DNA of 44,998 bases from the NCBI GenBank assembly GCA_002104905.1, contig MCFE01000687.1, positions 1 through 44,998 of the forward strand, in the 5' to 3' direction. Under the pieces are notes generated by a model that worked only from the letters and a program-made list of their open reading frames with translations, searched no databases and was not told the origin of the DNA. Positions within the stretch are counted from its first letter, which is position 1; each line of letters starts with the position of its first letter. Position numbers and translations under genes: made by a program. Origin of the DNA: Basidiobolus meristosporus CBS 931.73. Taxonomy: Eukaryota > Fungi > Basidiobolomycota. This document shows positions 12,154 through 23,450 of the stretch, piece by piece.

Positions 12154-12896
12154 TGCCATTGCTTTGAATTGCTCACATTTGTAATGATCCCGACAACCCT
12201 TTTTTTTTGCGATCCAAATCAAGCCATTGCAAATCAGTGATCATCAAATTTTTGATATAAGTAATATCAAGGTTGTCTCACATTTGAGACAGATCCCCTA
12301 TAAATAAACACCCTGCATATATATACGTCATCTGTAATACCAGTGCAGCTATTGGATCTGTTTTGCACCTACACGATTACTTGCGTGCTAGCTATGACAC
12401 CTTGCCCAATCACTAGGATCAGGGATTTACTTGCTCAATGGGCAAAATGGGATATTTGATGGCAAATCAGGTAGCTTTTTCAGTAGTCAATGAGCCAATT
12501 GGGGGCTGCCAGCTTCAGGATACTTTTGGACCAATTAACCACTGAGATACTGTCCAATTGGAGTGAGGGTAACCAAAATGGTAAGTATCAGTGTAGTTTA
12601 TAGTGTGATACACATTTATTTCCATTTACATTAAAGAAACATATCCAAATACCGGATTTTACCTGCCATTATAGCGGTATCCAATCGCGCACGTGATGCA
12701 AGCATTACGAGTTGGCGCAATCATCCGCACCAACCTCATCGTGTCAGATTGTGCCATAGTGTGCAAGATTGTCCTGCATAGTGCAAAATTGTCCAAGAAC
12801 AATCCTGCCTTCTGGTAGCTATAATATTGCGCCCAATCGTTCTTTGCAACCACGGATTGCACCGCGCGCCCTGGCACGGTACAATGGAACAAGTCT

Positions 12897-13991
12897 AATA
12901 CATAAGCAACACAATGGATATGGACATCTTGGAACTGAAGGAACCTAAAGCCTTGTGAAAGCCCAATCATGGTGGCCCAGAATTAAACATGACATTCAGA
13001 AGCTAGTGAAAACATGCCCAAATTGCCAAATCAGCCAAGGCCAACCACAGAGAATTGCTGAACTTTTTCCCTTGGAGCCTGTAAGACCATTTGGAAGATG
13101 GGGAATTGACTTTATTGGAATACTGCCAACTACCAGGAAATGCAACCATTGGATCCTAGTAGCAATTGACCATACCACTAAATGGCCAGTGGCCAAAGCT
13201 GTACCTATAGCCAGTGAACAAGAAGTTGCAAGTTTCATCTACCATGAGATCCTTATGAAGTTTGGATGCCCTGTAGAGATTCTGTCCAATAGAGGTGCAA
13301 ACTTTATGGCAAAGACATTGGAAGCTTGCCTGGAAATGCAGCAGATCAAACACTTAAAACCTTGGCATATCACTCCAGAACTAATGGAGTAACTGAATGG
13401 TTTAATGGATTTTTGGGTAAAAAGCTGACCAAGTATGCAAAAGGAGTTGTCAGTAGATGGGATGAGTATATAGACCAAGCATTCTTTGTATGCAGAGTCA
13501 GAGTACACAACACCACCCAGCAATCACCATTTTACTTAGTGTATGGATGTGAACCAAGGATTCCAGGAGATCTCACACAACCAAAGCTTACATATACCTT
13601 ACAAGATGAACTCAGTCAGCCAAGTAGACACCAGCAACTGGAACAAAGACATCAAGAGGCACAGACCAAAGTATCTCAAAGTGCAGAAAAGATGAAGCAG
13701 AGATTTGATAAGACTATAGCACCAGAAGCATTGACAGTTGGGAACTTGGTATTGCTAAGAAACAACACTTGAAGGGAGGTTGAGCCACAATGGACAGGAC
13801 CATTCAAGATCATCAGAGAATGTCCATTTGTGACTTACCAACTAGTGGACAAACAAGGCAATATCAGGGAAGACTTACTGCATAGGGAGAGACTTAAGCT
13901 TGCAAGACTTGCTGATACTACTGAACCATCAAGATATTGGTATCACAAGAAAGCAAATCAGGAGAACCCTCTCAACTTCAGCATGGGAGAA
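12897..13991 (+). pseudogene. Gypsy integrase (H2C2 zinc finger, rve core), frameshifted
   Basis: HNGYGHLG...WWPRIKHDIQKLVKTCPNC; WGIDFIGILP; TNGVTEWFN; SPFYLVYGCEPRIP; WTGPFKI; no chromodomain seen. Confidence 0.9.
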
Positions 13992-14360
13992 TGTTATGAT
14001 CTGCCGCTTGAGTGCTTAAGTTGTATCAGTTTTTAGTTAAATCAATTAGTTATATGTTTAGGTTATCAGTATATCAGTGTTATCTATCAAATCAGTAGCA
14101 TTGGTCAGCAAATGAATCAGCAGATCCTTATCAGACAGAAATAGATATATTAGGTAGGATCTTATTGGGTGATGATGATGCAATCAAATGAGTCATCAGC
14201 CACAGCCTACATTAGGAAATACAATTAGTCAGCAATTGATCTGGCAAAAGATATACAAGGAGCTGCTGGAATCTCAATAAAAATCAGTTCAAGTTTTAGT
14301 GAATACAACACTGGCTAAACTCCCTATTCCTCTACAGCTCTTATAACAAGACTTGTAACT
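13992..14360 (+). repeat. Gypsy 3' LTR
   Basis: tgttatgatc...acttgtaac(t); preceded by the purine tract gggagaa. Confidence 0.9.
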
Positions 14361-14761
14361 CAGTGAAGGACCTGGCAGTGCTAAATATGTGTGGCTACCC
14401 CATGAGCCCATCATATCATGGGCGGAGAGCTTAAAACAAGCAGAAAAGAAGCATCAGGCTGCCTGCAGAGTTCCAGTAAGGGACAAGCAGGCCAAAACAG
14501 ATGCATTGGATCAGCATTTATTAAGGACAAAATGTAGCTCAATACAAGAAGCACTCAGACAAATCAGCAGTGAAAGATCTGACAGTGTTTAAGAAAAAGG
14601 TAAAGGGAAACAATTCTACCCATGCCAGAGACAGGGATGCATGAGAAAAAAGCCGCAATTCTTACCAATTAACGCCATAAGCCCAGAACAGTCTGAATCC
14701 CATCATAGCCAAGAAGAATTACCAACAAGAAAACAGTGGTCCTTGCATGAGTTGGAAGCGC

Positions 14762-16176
14762 TGTAGTGGGGTCACAGTGACACCCACTGACAAATGTGCT
14801 CATTTCCATATTTTCTACTTCCCTATATCTCTACTACACTTATTGTAGTTTTATCCCACTTGTCTTACCTGATCAGCACTATCCCATAGGCCAGTTGACT
14901 ATCACACCTGCTTACCTTATTGTGTAAGTCATCTCTCACTTTATGCAAGATTACTAGCTGTCAGTGCCTCTATATTAGGCAAGTACCCGCGCCAGTACTT
15001 GTGACACATGATCAACTTGTGCCACCATCCCTACCATTTACATACCACATATGGTATCTGTATGTTATACAGGCTTCAGAGTGCTGATTCCTGATTGGTT
15101 GGATGTGCTGTGGCTCTTAGACCCTTCCAGCTGTTGTAAAAATTTGTATTTCCACCTAAATATTCACCTAACTTAGTCACTTAGATCATCACCTTCAAAT
15201 CTTAGAGAATACTGACCAAATTCCTTGTTGGGATTTACTTAGAATATTTTTCACCAAAATGCCAGGTACCCAGAACATGAAAATTCTCAAAGTAGTCCAA
15301 ACAGCCCCAAACTTTGCACACATGTTCTTGGGACCTTCCTTAACCTATTTTGAGTGTTTGTAATGCCAAGACCAGGTAAAAGTATAAATACAACTTTTAC
15401 ATTCAATAAATCATTAAGTGAAAACCACATAATCTACTTGTTCTCCAAATCACCTCCAATATCTCCAAGACTCTTACAACACCAGCACCTACTTAGAATG
15501 ATCTTAGCTCATCCTGATGTCATTAAGATTTCTATTGATCTCTGGAACACCATGATTAGTAATCATTTAGCCAGTGAGAAAAGTATATAATGGAGGCTAT
15601 CCCTCAACAATAAATCATCATCCCTTTTATCAATATACCAACTTGTTGATTAGTGTAATCACTGCTACCTGCTGCTACCTGTACTTCCAACCCCAGACCA
15701 CAGGATACTCCTAGAAAACCGCGCTGACAGCCAACTGGCCTTGGAGTCACTACTTGTGAGGAATACTCAGAGTAGGTATCTTTTATTATATTTGATTCTT
15801 TCCCAAGTTTGTTCTTGTACAGGCAAAGATGCTTTTCTGTCTTTGTAACTACTGACCACAGCTGCATTCTTATCAGGTCCATGCTGGTGGATTTACAGTT
15901 GTTTTGACTTTGGAAGCTCTAGTACATTTTCATCTCAAAGGATGCTGAACCCAGCACATACCTCTGTTAAGATGCCAACTAAGTTGGGGATTGTGGCTCA
16001 ATAGTTTTCTCTTGACAAGCTTGTGGCTTTATTCCCCATCACATTAGATTAGAGACAGAACCCAAGTATTCTTAGCAAGCTTTTGCCAGAGGTTATTGCA
16101 CCCAGTGAACACCCCACACACAAAACACTTGAGAAGTGTTGGACGTATCTCTCCCTTAGACCTATACATCACCACA
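14762..16176 (+). mobile_element. TG..CA unit (LTR-X, + orientation; ~1.06 kb without the nested solo LTR), probable solo-LTR variant
   Basis: Starts tgtagtgggg and ends catcaccaca; flanked by GCGC at 14758-14761 and 16177-16180; first ~690 bp (excluding insert) match the reverse complement of 16186-16872 plus 27191-27202; TATA-like and AATAAA motifs. Confidence 0.7.
15132..15481 (+). repeat. Solo Copia LTR (350 bp)
   Basis: tgttgtaaaa...cttacaaca with a perfect 5-bp TSD CCAGC (15127-15131 and 15482-15486). Confidence 0.92.
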
Positions 16177-17325
16177 GCGCTGTGATTGGGAAAGAATCAA
16201 ATAAAATAAAAGATACCTACTCTGAGTATTCCTCACAAGTAGTGCCTCCAAGGTCAGTTGGCTGTCAGCATGGTTTCCTGGGAGTGTCCTGTGGTCTGGG
16301 GTTGGAAGTTTGGGTAGCAGCAGGTAGCAGTGATCACACTAATCAACAAGTTGGTATACTGATAAAAGGGATGATGATTTATTGTTGAGGGATAGCCTCC
16401 TTTATATACTTTTCTCACTGGCTAAGTGATTACTAATCATGGTGTTCTAGAAGGTTCCAGATATCAATAGAAGTCCTAATGACATCAGAATGACCAAAGA
16501 ATGTTCTCAGTAGGTGCTGGAAGGGCCTAAGAGGCACAGCACATCCAACCAATCAGGAATTGGTACTCTGAAGCCTGTGTAACATAGAGATACCATATAT
16601 TATATGGAAATGGTAGGGATGGTGACACAAGTTGATCATGTGTCAAGGGTACTGGCGCAGGTACTTGTCTAATATAAAAGCACTTACAGCTAGTAATCTG
16701 ACATAAAGTGAGGGATACTAATGCAATAAGGTAAGCAGGTGTGATAGTCAACTGGCTTATGGGATAGTACTGGTCAGGAAAGACAAATGGGATAAAATTA
16801 AAATCAGTGTAGCAGAGATATAGGGAAGTAGAAAATATGGGAATAAGTACATCTGTCAGTAAGTGTCATTGTTGTTGTAGAAATTTGTATTTCCACCTAA
16901 ATATTCACCTAACTTAGTCACTTAGATCATTACCTTCATATCCTAGAGAATACTGCCCAAATTCCTTGTCAGGATTTACTTAGAATATTTTCACCAAATA
17001 CCAGGTACCCAGTACATGAAAAATCTCAAAGTTGTCCAAACAGCCCCAAACTTTGCACACATGCTCTTGGGACCTTCCATAATCTATTCTACATGTTTGT
17101 AATGCCAAGACCAGGTAAAAGCATAAATACCAACTTTACATTAGACTTGTTCCGTTGGATAGTGCCACATAGTGCCAGCCTGTTTATAGTGCCAGATTGA
17201 TCTGGCACCCTACAGCACTATCTGGCACTATAATTTCTATCATGATGCCAGTGGTACAATACAGTTACTGGTAATTTTACTCAATCTTACTTATGTTGCT
17301 CAGAATAGTGCTTTCCTTGCTTTAT

Positions 17326-18424
17326 TTACTCTTCATAATGCTCCAGACATATTTCTCTCAGTGGAAGTCTTCTTTTATGAGCATACTGTGCATTAATAAG
17401 TATCTTAACTATTTTACCTATTAGATATGGTCCATTGTGCCATTGATCATAGTGCCAGAAAGTGCTGTATATTTTGTTGTTAATTTGATATTTTAGGGTC
17501 ATATGCATGTCAATTTTGGTCCCAAATTGGCACTGTATGGCACCATCTGGCACTCTATGGCATGATCAGGCACCTCCTGGCATGCTATGGCACTATTGGG
17601 CACTATGATCAGCTGAAATGATGGAACAAGTCTATTCTGCTGTTTTCTCCTATATATGACTCTCCTCTGTATTTACCTGCCAATATGCTGAATCTCTTCA
17701 GATATCCAAATGTGTGCTCTATCCTCACTCTGAAATGATTAAATATCTCATTGTGGAGCTTCTGCTTCCTGCTAAGCACACCATTCCTTGGCCTCCTATA
17801 AGCTGTAATACATCCTAATCTGTGACAATCCTCTCCTATATAGGCCAAGTCTGCCATACATTTCTCCCCTCTACTGAATTCAGGATGATTCTCTACCCAG
17901 AGAGCTTTGTCATGCCTACTTCCAGCAAATGGCCCACTAAACCAGATGATGTTACCCTCAATGTCAGACAGTGCTTGAAACTTCACACAGTGTGCCTTGT
18001 ACTTGCCAGAATAAAAGTGCCTCTGCCCTCTAGAAGGTCTGTTAATCCCTACTGGGAAGGTATCCAAAATACTCCTGATATGGAACCTGTTGCTGAACAC
18101 TCTGGGATATGGAAGTCTATTGGAGCTTCTGAACCTAGCATTCCAAGCTTGCTCTAAGTCATTTGTACACTCTGCAAGGTGGTTCTCCATTGTTGTCAGC
18201 TGGGAATGAAAGCTTCTAGGACTTTTGTTGCCATGGATGGTAGGATGAAACCTTGTAGGGCAATAGTTCTTGTCATAGCAAAGAAGCTTAACAAGGGATC
18301 TCCTTGAGTAGATTGGGGTAGATGGTCCACAGTACTTGGAATAGATCTCCTCTAGTTTGTCAAAAGGAAATCCAGTGGTAGTGATGGGATTGATGAGAAA
18401 AGACCATTCAGATGAGTAAGTCAT
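17326..18424 (-). pseudogene. Transposase of copy 2, disrupted by a MITE of its own family
   Basis: Near-identical to 9668-10552 but interrupted at the ENSR/IGKI junction. Confidence 0.9.
17423..17633. mobile_element. 211-bp MITE of the Pangu-like family
   Basis: Ends agatatggtccatt and atggaacaagtct; perfect ATT TSD (17420-17422 and 17634-17636); empty site present in copy 1 (ttttacctattctgctg). Confidence 0.9.
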
Positions 18425-19717
18425 ATTAGAATTGGTGGATGATTGTATGGAGGTGGTTTGAATTGATTCAGCGCAATCTGCATTGTTTATCTGATTTTTG
18501 ATGCTTTATGATTAAATCTCCATCAATTGCAATGTATCCCATCATTATGTTGCAAAAATTGTCCACAAACAATGCCTTGGTACTTTTATTGATGCTTTAC
18601 TCATAGGTCTATAATCAAATAGGAAATCTGCAATTGATGTGATCTGATCTGTGTCAACACAATCCAAGATGCATCATGCAAAATATATGGAAAATTCAAC
18701 AATCACATTAGTTTTCATATATATGTCATATAAGACCAGGTTGATGCCAATATACTGCTGTATAAGTATCCAAATCTGTTGCTATGGTCCCCATACCAAG
18801 CCTCAACTCATCTTTAGTACAACCCAGACAAAACTCATCCCCCAGCTCACAAGTGTGGTCTGGATTGGAAAAGTTGATGTTGGATCCATTTGAGTTCTTG
18901 CCAAATGATTTTAGTATGGCCCAAGTGTCTATGATGAGCCTTCATAAGGATATTTAGGCACTACTGATTAATCTAGCAGGACTAGATACCTCAGAGAGTC
19001 AACAAAGATGGAGGAATTTGAGTAGAAAGCTGTGGTATGAGTTCTACATCAAGATGCCAGCCAATGTATGTAAGAAGATATATAACAAGACAAGTATTGA
19101 ACTCAAGAATGAGCTGAGAGTAGGGGATTTGATGAAGAAGCCACGCAGGAACAATTTTGCATGCAATTTGCACAGTACAGGCTGGACACATCCGTTTGTG
19201 CCTCAACTTTGGGAACCAAAGTGATTTTGAATGAGTTTTTGCCTCAAATGACTAATGTACTATGTGATATATTAGTAGAGCCAAGTGGCTTCCAAGAGCA
19301 ATATACACAGGACTCATCCAGGCAACAGCTCCAAAGTATCAGACAGAGGGTAAGTGAATACCTTGAGGAATCAGATGGTGAGCTTCATGAGGAATAATAC
19401 AGACTGCAAGTAACATCATCTAGATTGTGCCAGCACGCCTTGCTGGATTCCTTACCATCTCTTGCAACCACAGCACACTGGCACATGTCAGTCCAGACTA
19501 TGCCAACACCCTTTACCAGAATGCCCTGCATCAAGTCAACATGCACTCTTCAGAGCAAAACTACCAGAACTTGTCAAACTGCTCATTTAGACACAAGTCC
19601 ATTGGAGCGGACCAAGTTGTGTCAACATGCAGCATCACATCAAACTCAGCCAAGGGCCATCTCAACGCATCAAGTCACGCCTGCACATGCTGTTTTGCCT
19701 GACCATCAGCAAGTTAC

Positions 19718-20213
19718 TGTAATGATCACATGACAACCACAAACACCCATGCCAAGTTTCAGCGTCCTAGCTCAATATCTAAGAGATTCCTTCTGGAACC
19801 TTCTACCACCTTCCAGAAAGCTCCTGACCATTCCAAGCCATTGTTACACAATGGAACATTCCATGGAAGCTTCCCATTGTATTTTTCATAGTCCAGTACC
19901 ATATATGAAAATACCAGGTCACATGACTTAGTCACATGATCAGGTGACCCAATCCATTTCCCCATCCTGTCTCAGTGCCTTGCCTTCTATATTATTATCC
20001 CCAGCACTGCTGCTGTGCCTCACCCCATTAGTATTAGCTAATATCTTTTGGCATCAGTATAGCCAAAAAGTATATATAGTCCTATCCCCCCTTAAGTATT
20101 CCTCAGTCTGATAAACACAGGTCTTGAATAAACAGCTTTGTCTTCATGGTCCACACCTAAGTCCTTTCCTGCCGTGCCTAGCTTTTCCTCCTGCCTTGTG
20201 TCTATTCATAACA
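19718..20213. repeat. Solo LTR (496 bp) of another family inserted in ORF2 of copy 2
   Basis: tgtaatg...cataaca with a perfect 5-bp TSD GTTAC; empty site cagcaagttacttctgg in copy 1. Confidence 0.9.
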
Positions 20214-20355
20214 GTTACTTCTGGTGAACTGACTGATGATGACCAACATGAAGTGCCTCAACCACCAGAGCCCTTGGCATGTAAAATAATGCGTCAGTGT
20301 GTGGCACTCCAGGCTGGTTCAGTTGGAGTGATTCAGCATGGCCAAGCTGCAGCAT

Positions 20356-22230
20356 TGCAAGCTTAAAAAGTCACTATATGGTCTCAAACAATCTCTGAGA
20401 GCCTGGAATTGCAAGATAGATTCTTATTTCAAATCTTTGAGTTTCAACAGGAGTAATGCTTACTATAGTATATACTATAAGCCAGATAGAGCAAATCCAG
20501 TTCTATTAGCTCTATATGTGGATGATCTTATTATAGCTGCCAATAACCTAGAAACGTTGGAAGAGACTAAATCCAGCCTATTTAAGGAGTTCAAGATGTC
20601 TAATCTAGGAGAACTTAGTTACTACTTAGGGATTAAGTTCTCCATAAGCAGAAGTACCCAGACTATCACCCCAAGCCAATCCAAGTATATTCAAGATATA
20701 CTAAAGAAGTACCAAATGGAAGACTGTAAACTGGCAGCTACCCCAATGGAGACAAACCTTAACTTGGTCAAAACACAACCAAATCAAGAGAGCTTGGTGC
20801 CATCTGAAAGCTCTGACTTTCCTTATCAGTCTATGGTTGGCAGCTGGATGTATATCATGCTTGGAACACATCCAGATATCTCATATTCAGTGGGAGTTGT
20901 CAGCTAACATAATCAGAACTTTGATCTGATCATATTGCAGCAGTTAAGCGGATTTTTAGATACCTAAAAGGAACTGCTGATATCTGCTTAAGATACACTT
21001 ATAAGGATTCAGAACAGGATCTTGTAGGATACTCTGATGCTGATAGGGGACAAAATTTGGAAGACAGAAGATCCACCACAGGATACACCTTTCTTTACTG
21101 TAAAGGAGCAATTTCATGGAATTTAAGAAAGCAACCAACCATAGCACTTTCTACCACAGAGGCAGAGTACATGGCAGCCTGTGAGGCTACAAAAGAAGCA
21201 ATGTGGTTAAGAAAGCTTTTTACAGATTTAAGCCTATGTCAAAAAACACCTATTACTTTATTTCAATATAATCAAGGATGTATACAATTAGGTAGAAATT
21301 GAACTTTTCATGCTAGAACCAAGCACATAGATATTAGACATCATTTCATATGTGAAGCTATAAGATTTGTTCTGTTGGATAGTGCCACATTGAGTCATGA
21401 GTGCAAAATGATGCCATAGTGTGCCAGAGAGGCCAAGCAAGCCTATACTTGGCCACAGAGTGTGAAACATAGATCTGCATCTTCATGCAAAGCATCACTT
21501 GTGTTTCACCTATGATGCAGGAGAAGATCTATTCCTTGATGTTTTTTTGTGGATCAGTATTGTGCAGAATGTGCAAGAGCACTAAAGGATTGAAGATATA
21601 CATCTGGTACTCAATACCCATGGCACTCTGAATCTAGCTCCTGTGGCTTGTAACATGCCACAAAAATGCATGGCACTATCTTGGTCCACTGGTGCTATCT
21701 AGCACTATATTTAAGTATTAGCCCTAAAGTAAGATCAATACAAAGCACTGATAGTGCCAGATAGTACCAGTGGACCAAGATAGTGCCATGCATTTTTGTG
21801 ACATGATACAAGCCACAGGAGCTAGATTCAGAGTGCCATGGGTATTGAGTACCAGATGCAAATCTTCAATCCTTTAGTGCTCTTGCACATCCTGTACAAC
21901 TTTGACCTAAAAAAAAAGTCAAAAAATGGATTTTCTCCATCACAATGAGTGAAACTCAGGGGCTGCTTTGCATGAAGATGCAGTTCTATGTTTCAAACTC
22001 TGTGGCTAAGTGTAGGCTCACTTGGCCTCCCTGGCATACTATGGCATCATTTGGCACTCATGGCTCAGTGTGGCACTATCCAATGGAACAAGTCTTTAGA
22101 GAATAACTTGGTTAGCTTAGTCTACTTCCCTACAGATGAATTGATTGCAGACATATTTACCAAACCATTAGCTAGAGACAAGTTTGAATATCTTAGGTCA
22201 AAATTAGGACTATTCAGTATGAGCATTTAG
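20356..22230 (+). pseudogene. Copia reverse transcriptase and RNase H remnant (20356-21362 plus 22096-22230)
   Basis: CKLKKSLYGLKQ, LALYVDDLII, DRRSTTGY, ALSTTEAEYMA, KHIDIRHHF, IADIFTKPL; frameshifted. Confidence 0.92.
21363..22095. mobile_element. 733-bp foldback (palindromic) non-autonomous element with Pangu-like termini
   Basis: Arms 21363-21708 and 21751-22095 are reverse complements around a 42-bp spacer; ends match agacttgttccrttggatagtgccac; flanks ata/tta (imperfect TSD). Confidence 0.85.
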
Positions 22231-23450
22231 CTGAGTGGGAGTGTTGTGAAAATTTGCATTTCCACCTAAATATTCACCTACCTTAGTCACTTATATCATT
22301 ACCTTCATATCCTAGAGAATACTGACTAAATTCCTTGTTGGGATTTACTTAGAATATATTCACCAAAATACCAGGTACCCAGAACATGAAAATTCTCAGA
22401 GTTGTCCAAACAGCCCCAAACTTTACACACATGTTCTGTGGTAATGGAAAGTATTCCATTACTACAATATCTCTTAACCAATATTGCACTCATTTCTTTA
22501 TTTTGCTTTTTGCTATTGTAATATGCAAGTGAAAGATCAAGAATTTCCAACTTTGAAGAACAAATGCTCTGGACCCTGACAAGCAATCCACCCAAGAATA
22601 TTATGTCATACAGAACACATAGTAGCCAGCACATGTTTCAAATTACAGCTCATTTGAAGCAGTACTTAAGGAGTTATGACTAAAAGAGTCCAATTACTCT
22701 ATATACTAGACTTGTTCCATTGTACCGTGCCAGGGCGCGCAGCGCAATCCGTGGTTGCAAAGAACAATCGGGCGCGATATTATAGCTACTAGAAGGCAGG
22801 ATTGTTCTTGGACAATTTCGCACTATGCGGGACGATCTCGCACACTATGGCACAATCTGACACAATGAGGTTGGCGCGGATGATCGCGCCAACTCGTAAT
22901 GCTTGCATCACGTGCGCAATCGGATACCGCTATAATGGCAGGTAAAATCCGGTATTTGGATATGTTTCTTTAATGTAAATGGAAATAAATGTGTATCACA
23001 CTATAAACTACACTGATACTTACCATTTTGGTTACCCTCACTCCAATTGGACGGTATCTCAGTGGTTAATTGGTCCAAAAGTATCCTGAAGCTGGCAGCC
23101 CCCAATTGGCTCATTGACTACTGAAAAAGCTACCTGATTCGCCATCAAATATCCCATTTTGCCCATTGAGCAAGTAAATCCCTGATCCTAGTGATTGGGC
23201 AAGGTGTCATAGCTAGCACGCAAGCAATTGTGTAGGTGCAAAACAGATCCAATAGCTGCACTGGTATTACAGATGACGTATATATATGCAGGGTGTTTAT
23301 TTATAGGGGTTCTGTCTCAAATGTGAGATGACCTTGATATTACTTATATCAAAAATTTGATGATCACCGATTTGCGATGACTCGATTCGGATCGCAAAAA
23401 AAAAGGGTTGTTGGGATCATTACAAATGTGAGCAATTCAAAGCGATCGCA

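Larger units (their letters stand above)
9485..12896 (-). mobile_element. PIF/Harbinger-superfamily (PHIS, Pangu-like) DNA transposon, copy 1, 3,412 bp
   Basis: TIRs AGACTTGTTCCRTTG; 3-bp TSD AAT (9482-9484 and 12897-12899); removal restores the Gypsy integrase frame CLDIIHKQHNGYGHLG. Confidence 0.95.
6008..14360 (+). mobile_element. Ty3/Gypsy LTR retrotransposon, full-length but decayed, interrupted by a 3.4-kb DNA transposon
   Basis: Two ~369-bp LTRs, 4-bp TSD CAGT (6004-6007 and 14361-14364), PBS-like TGGTAGC, purine tract before the 3' LTR, domain order gag-PR-RT-RH-IN. Confidence 0.95.
17143..20359 (-). mobile_element. Pangu-like DNA transposon copy 2, older, CpG-decayed, right end deleted
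   Basis: Left TIR agacttgttccgttgg after an ATT target inside the Copia LTR; colinear with copy 1 up to gcagcattgca, then fused to Copia RT. Confidence 0.9.

Noticed and set aside
12659-12970. 103-aa ORF at the right end of Pangu copy 1 as a third gene
   Set aside because: It starts in flanking Gypsy DNA, crosses the TIR, and has no motif.
17528-17607. CRISPR-like array (also considered for 43127-43216)
   Set aside because: Units are 10 or 28 bp and contiguous with no unique spacers, there are no cas genes, and the context is eukaryotic.
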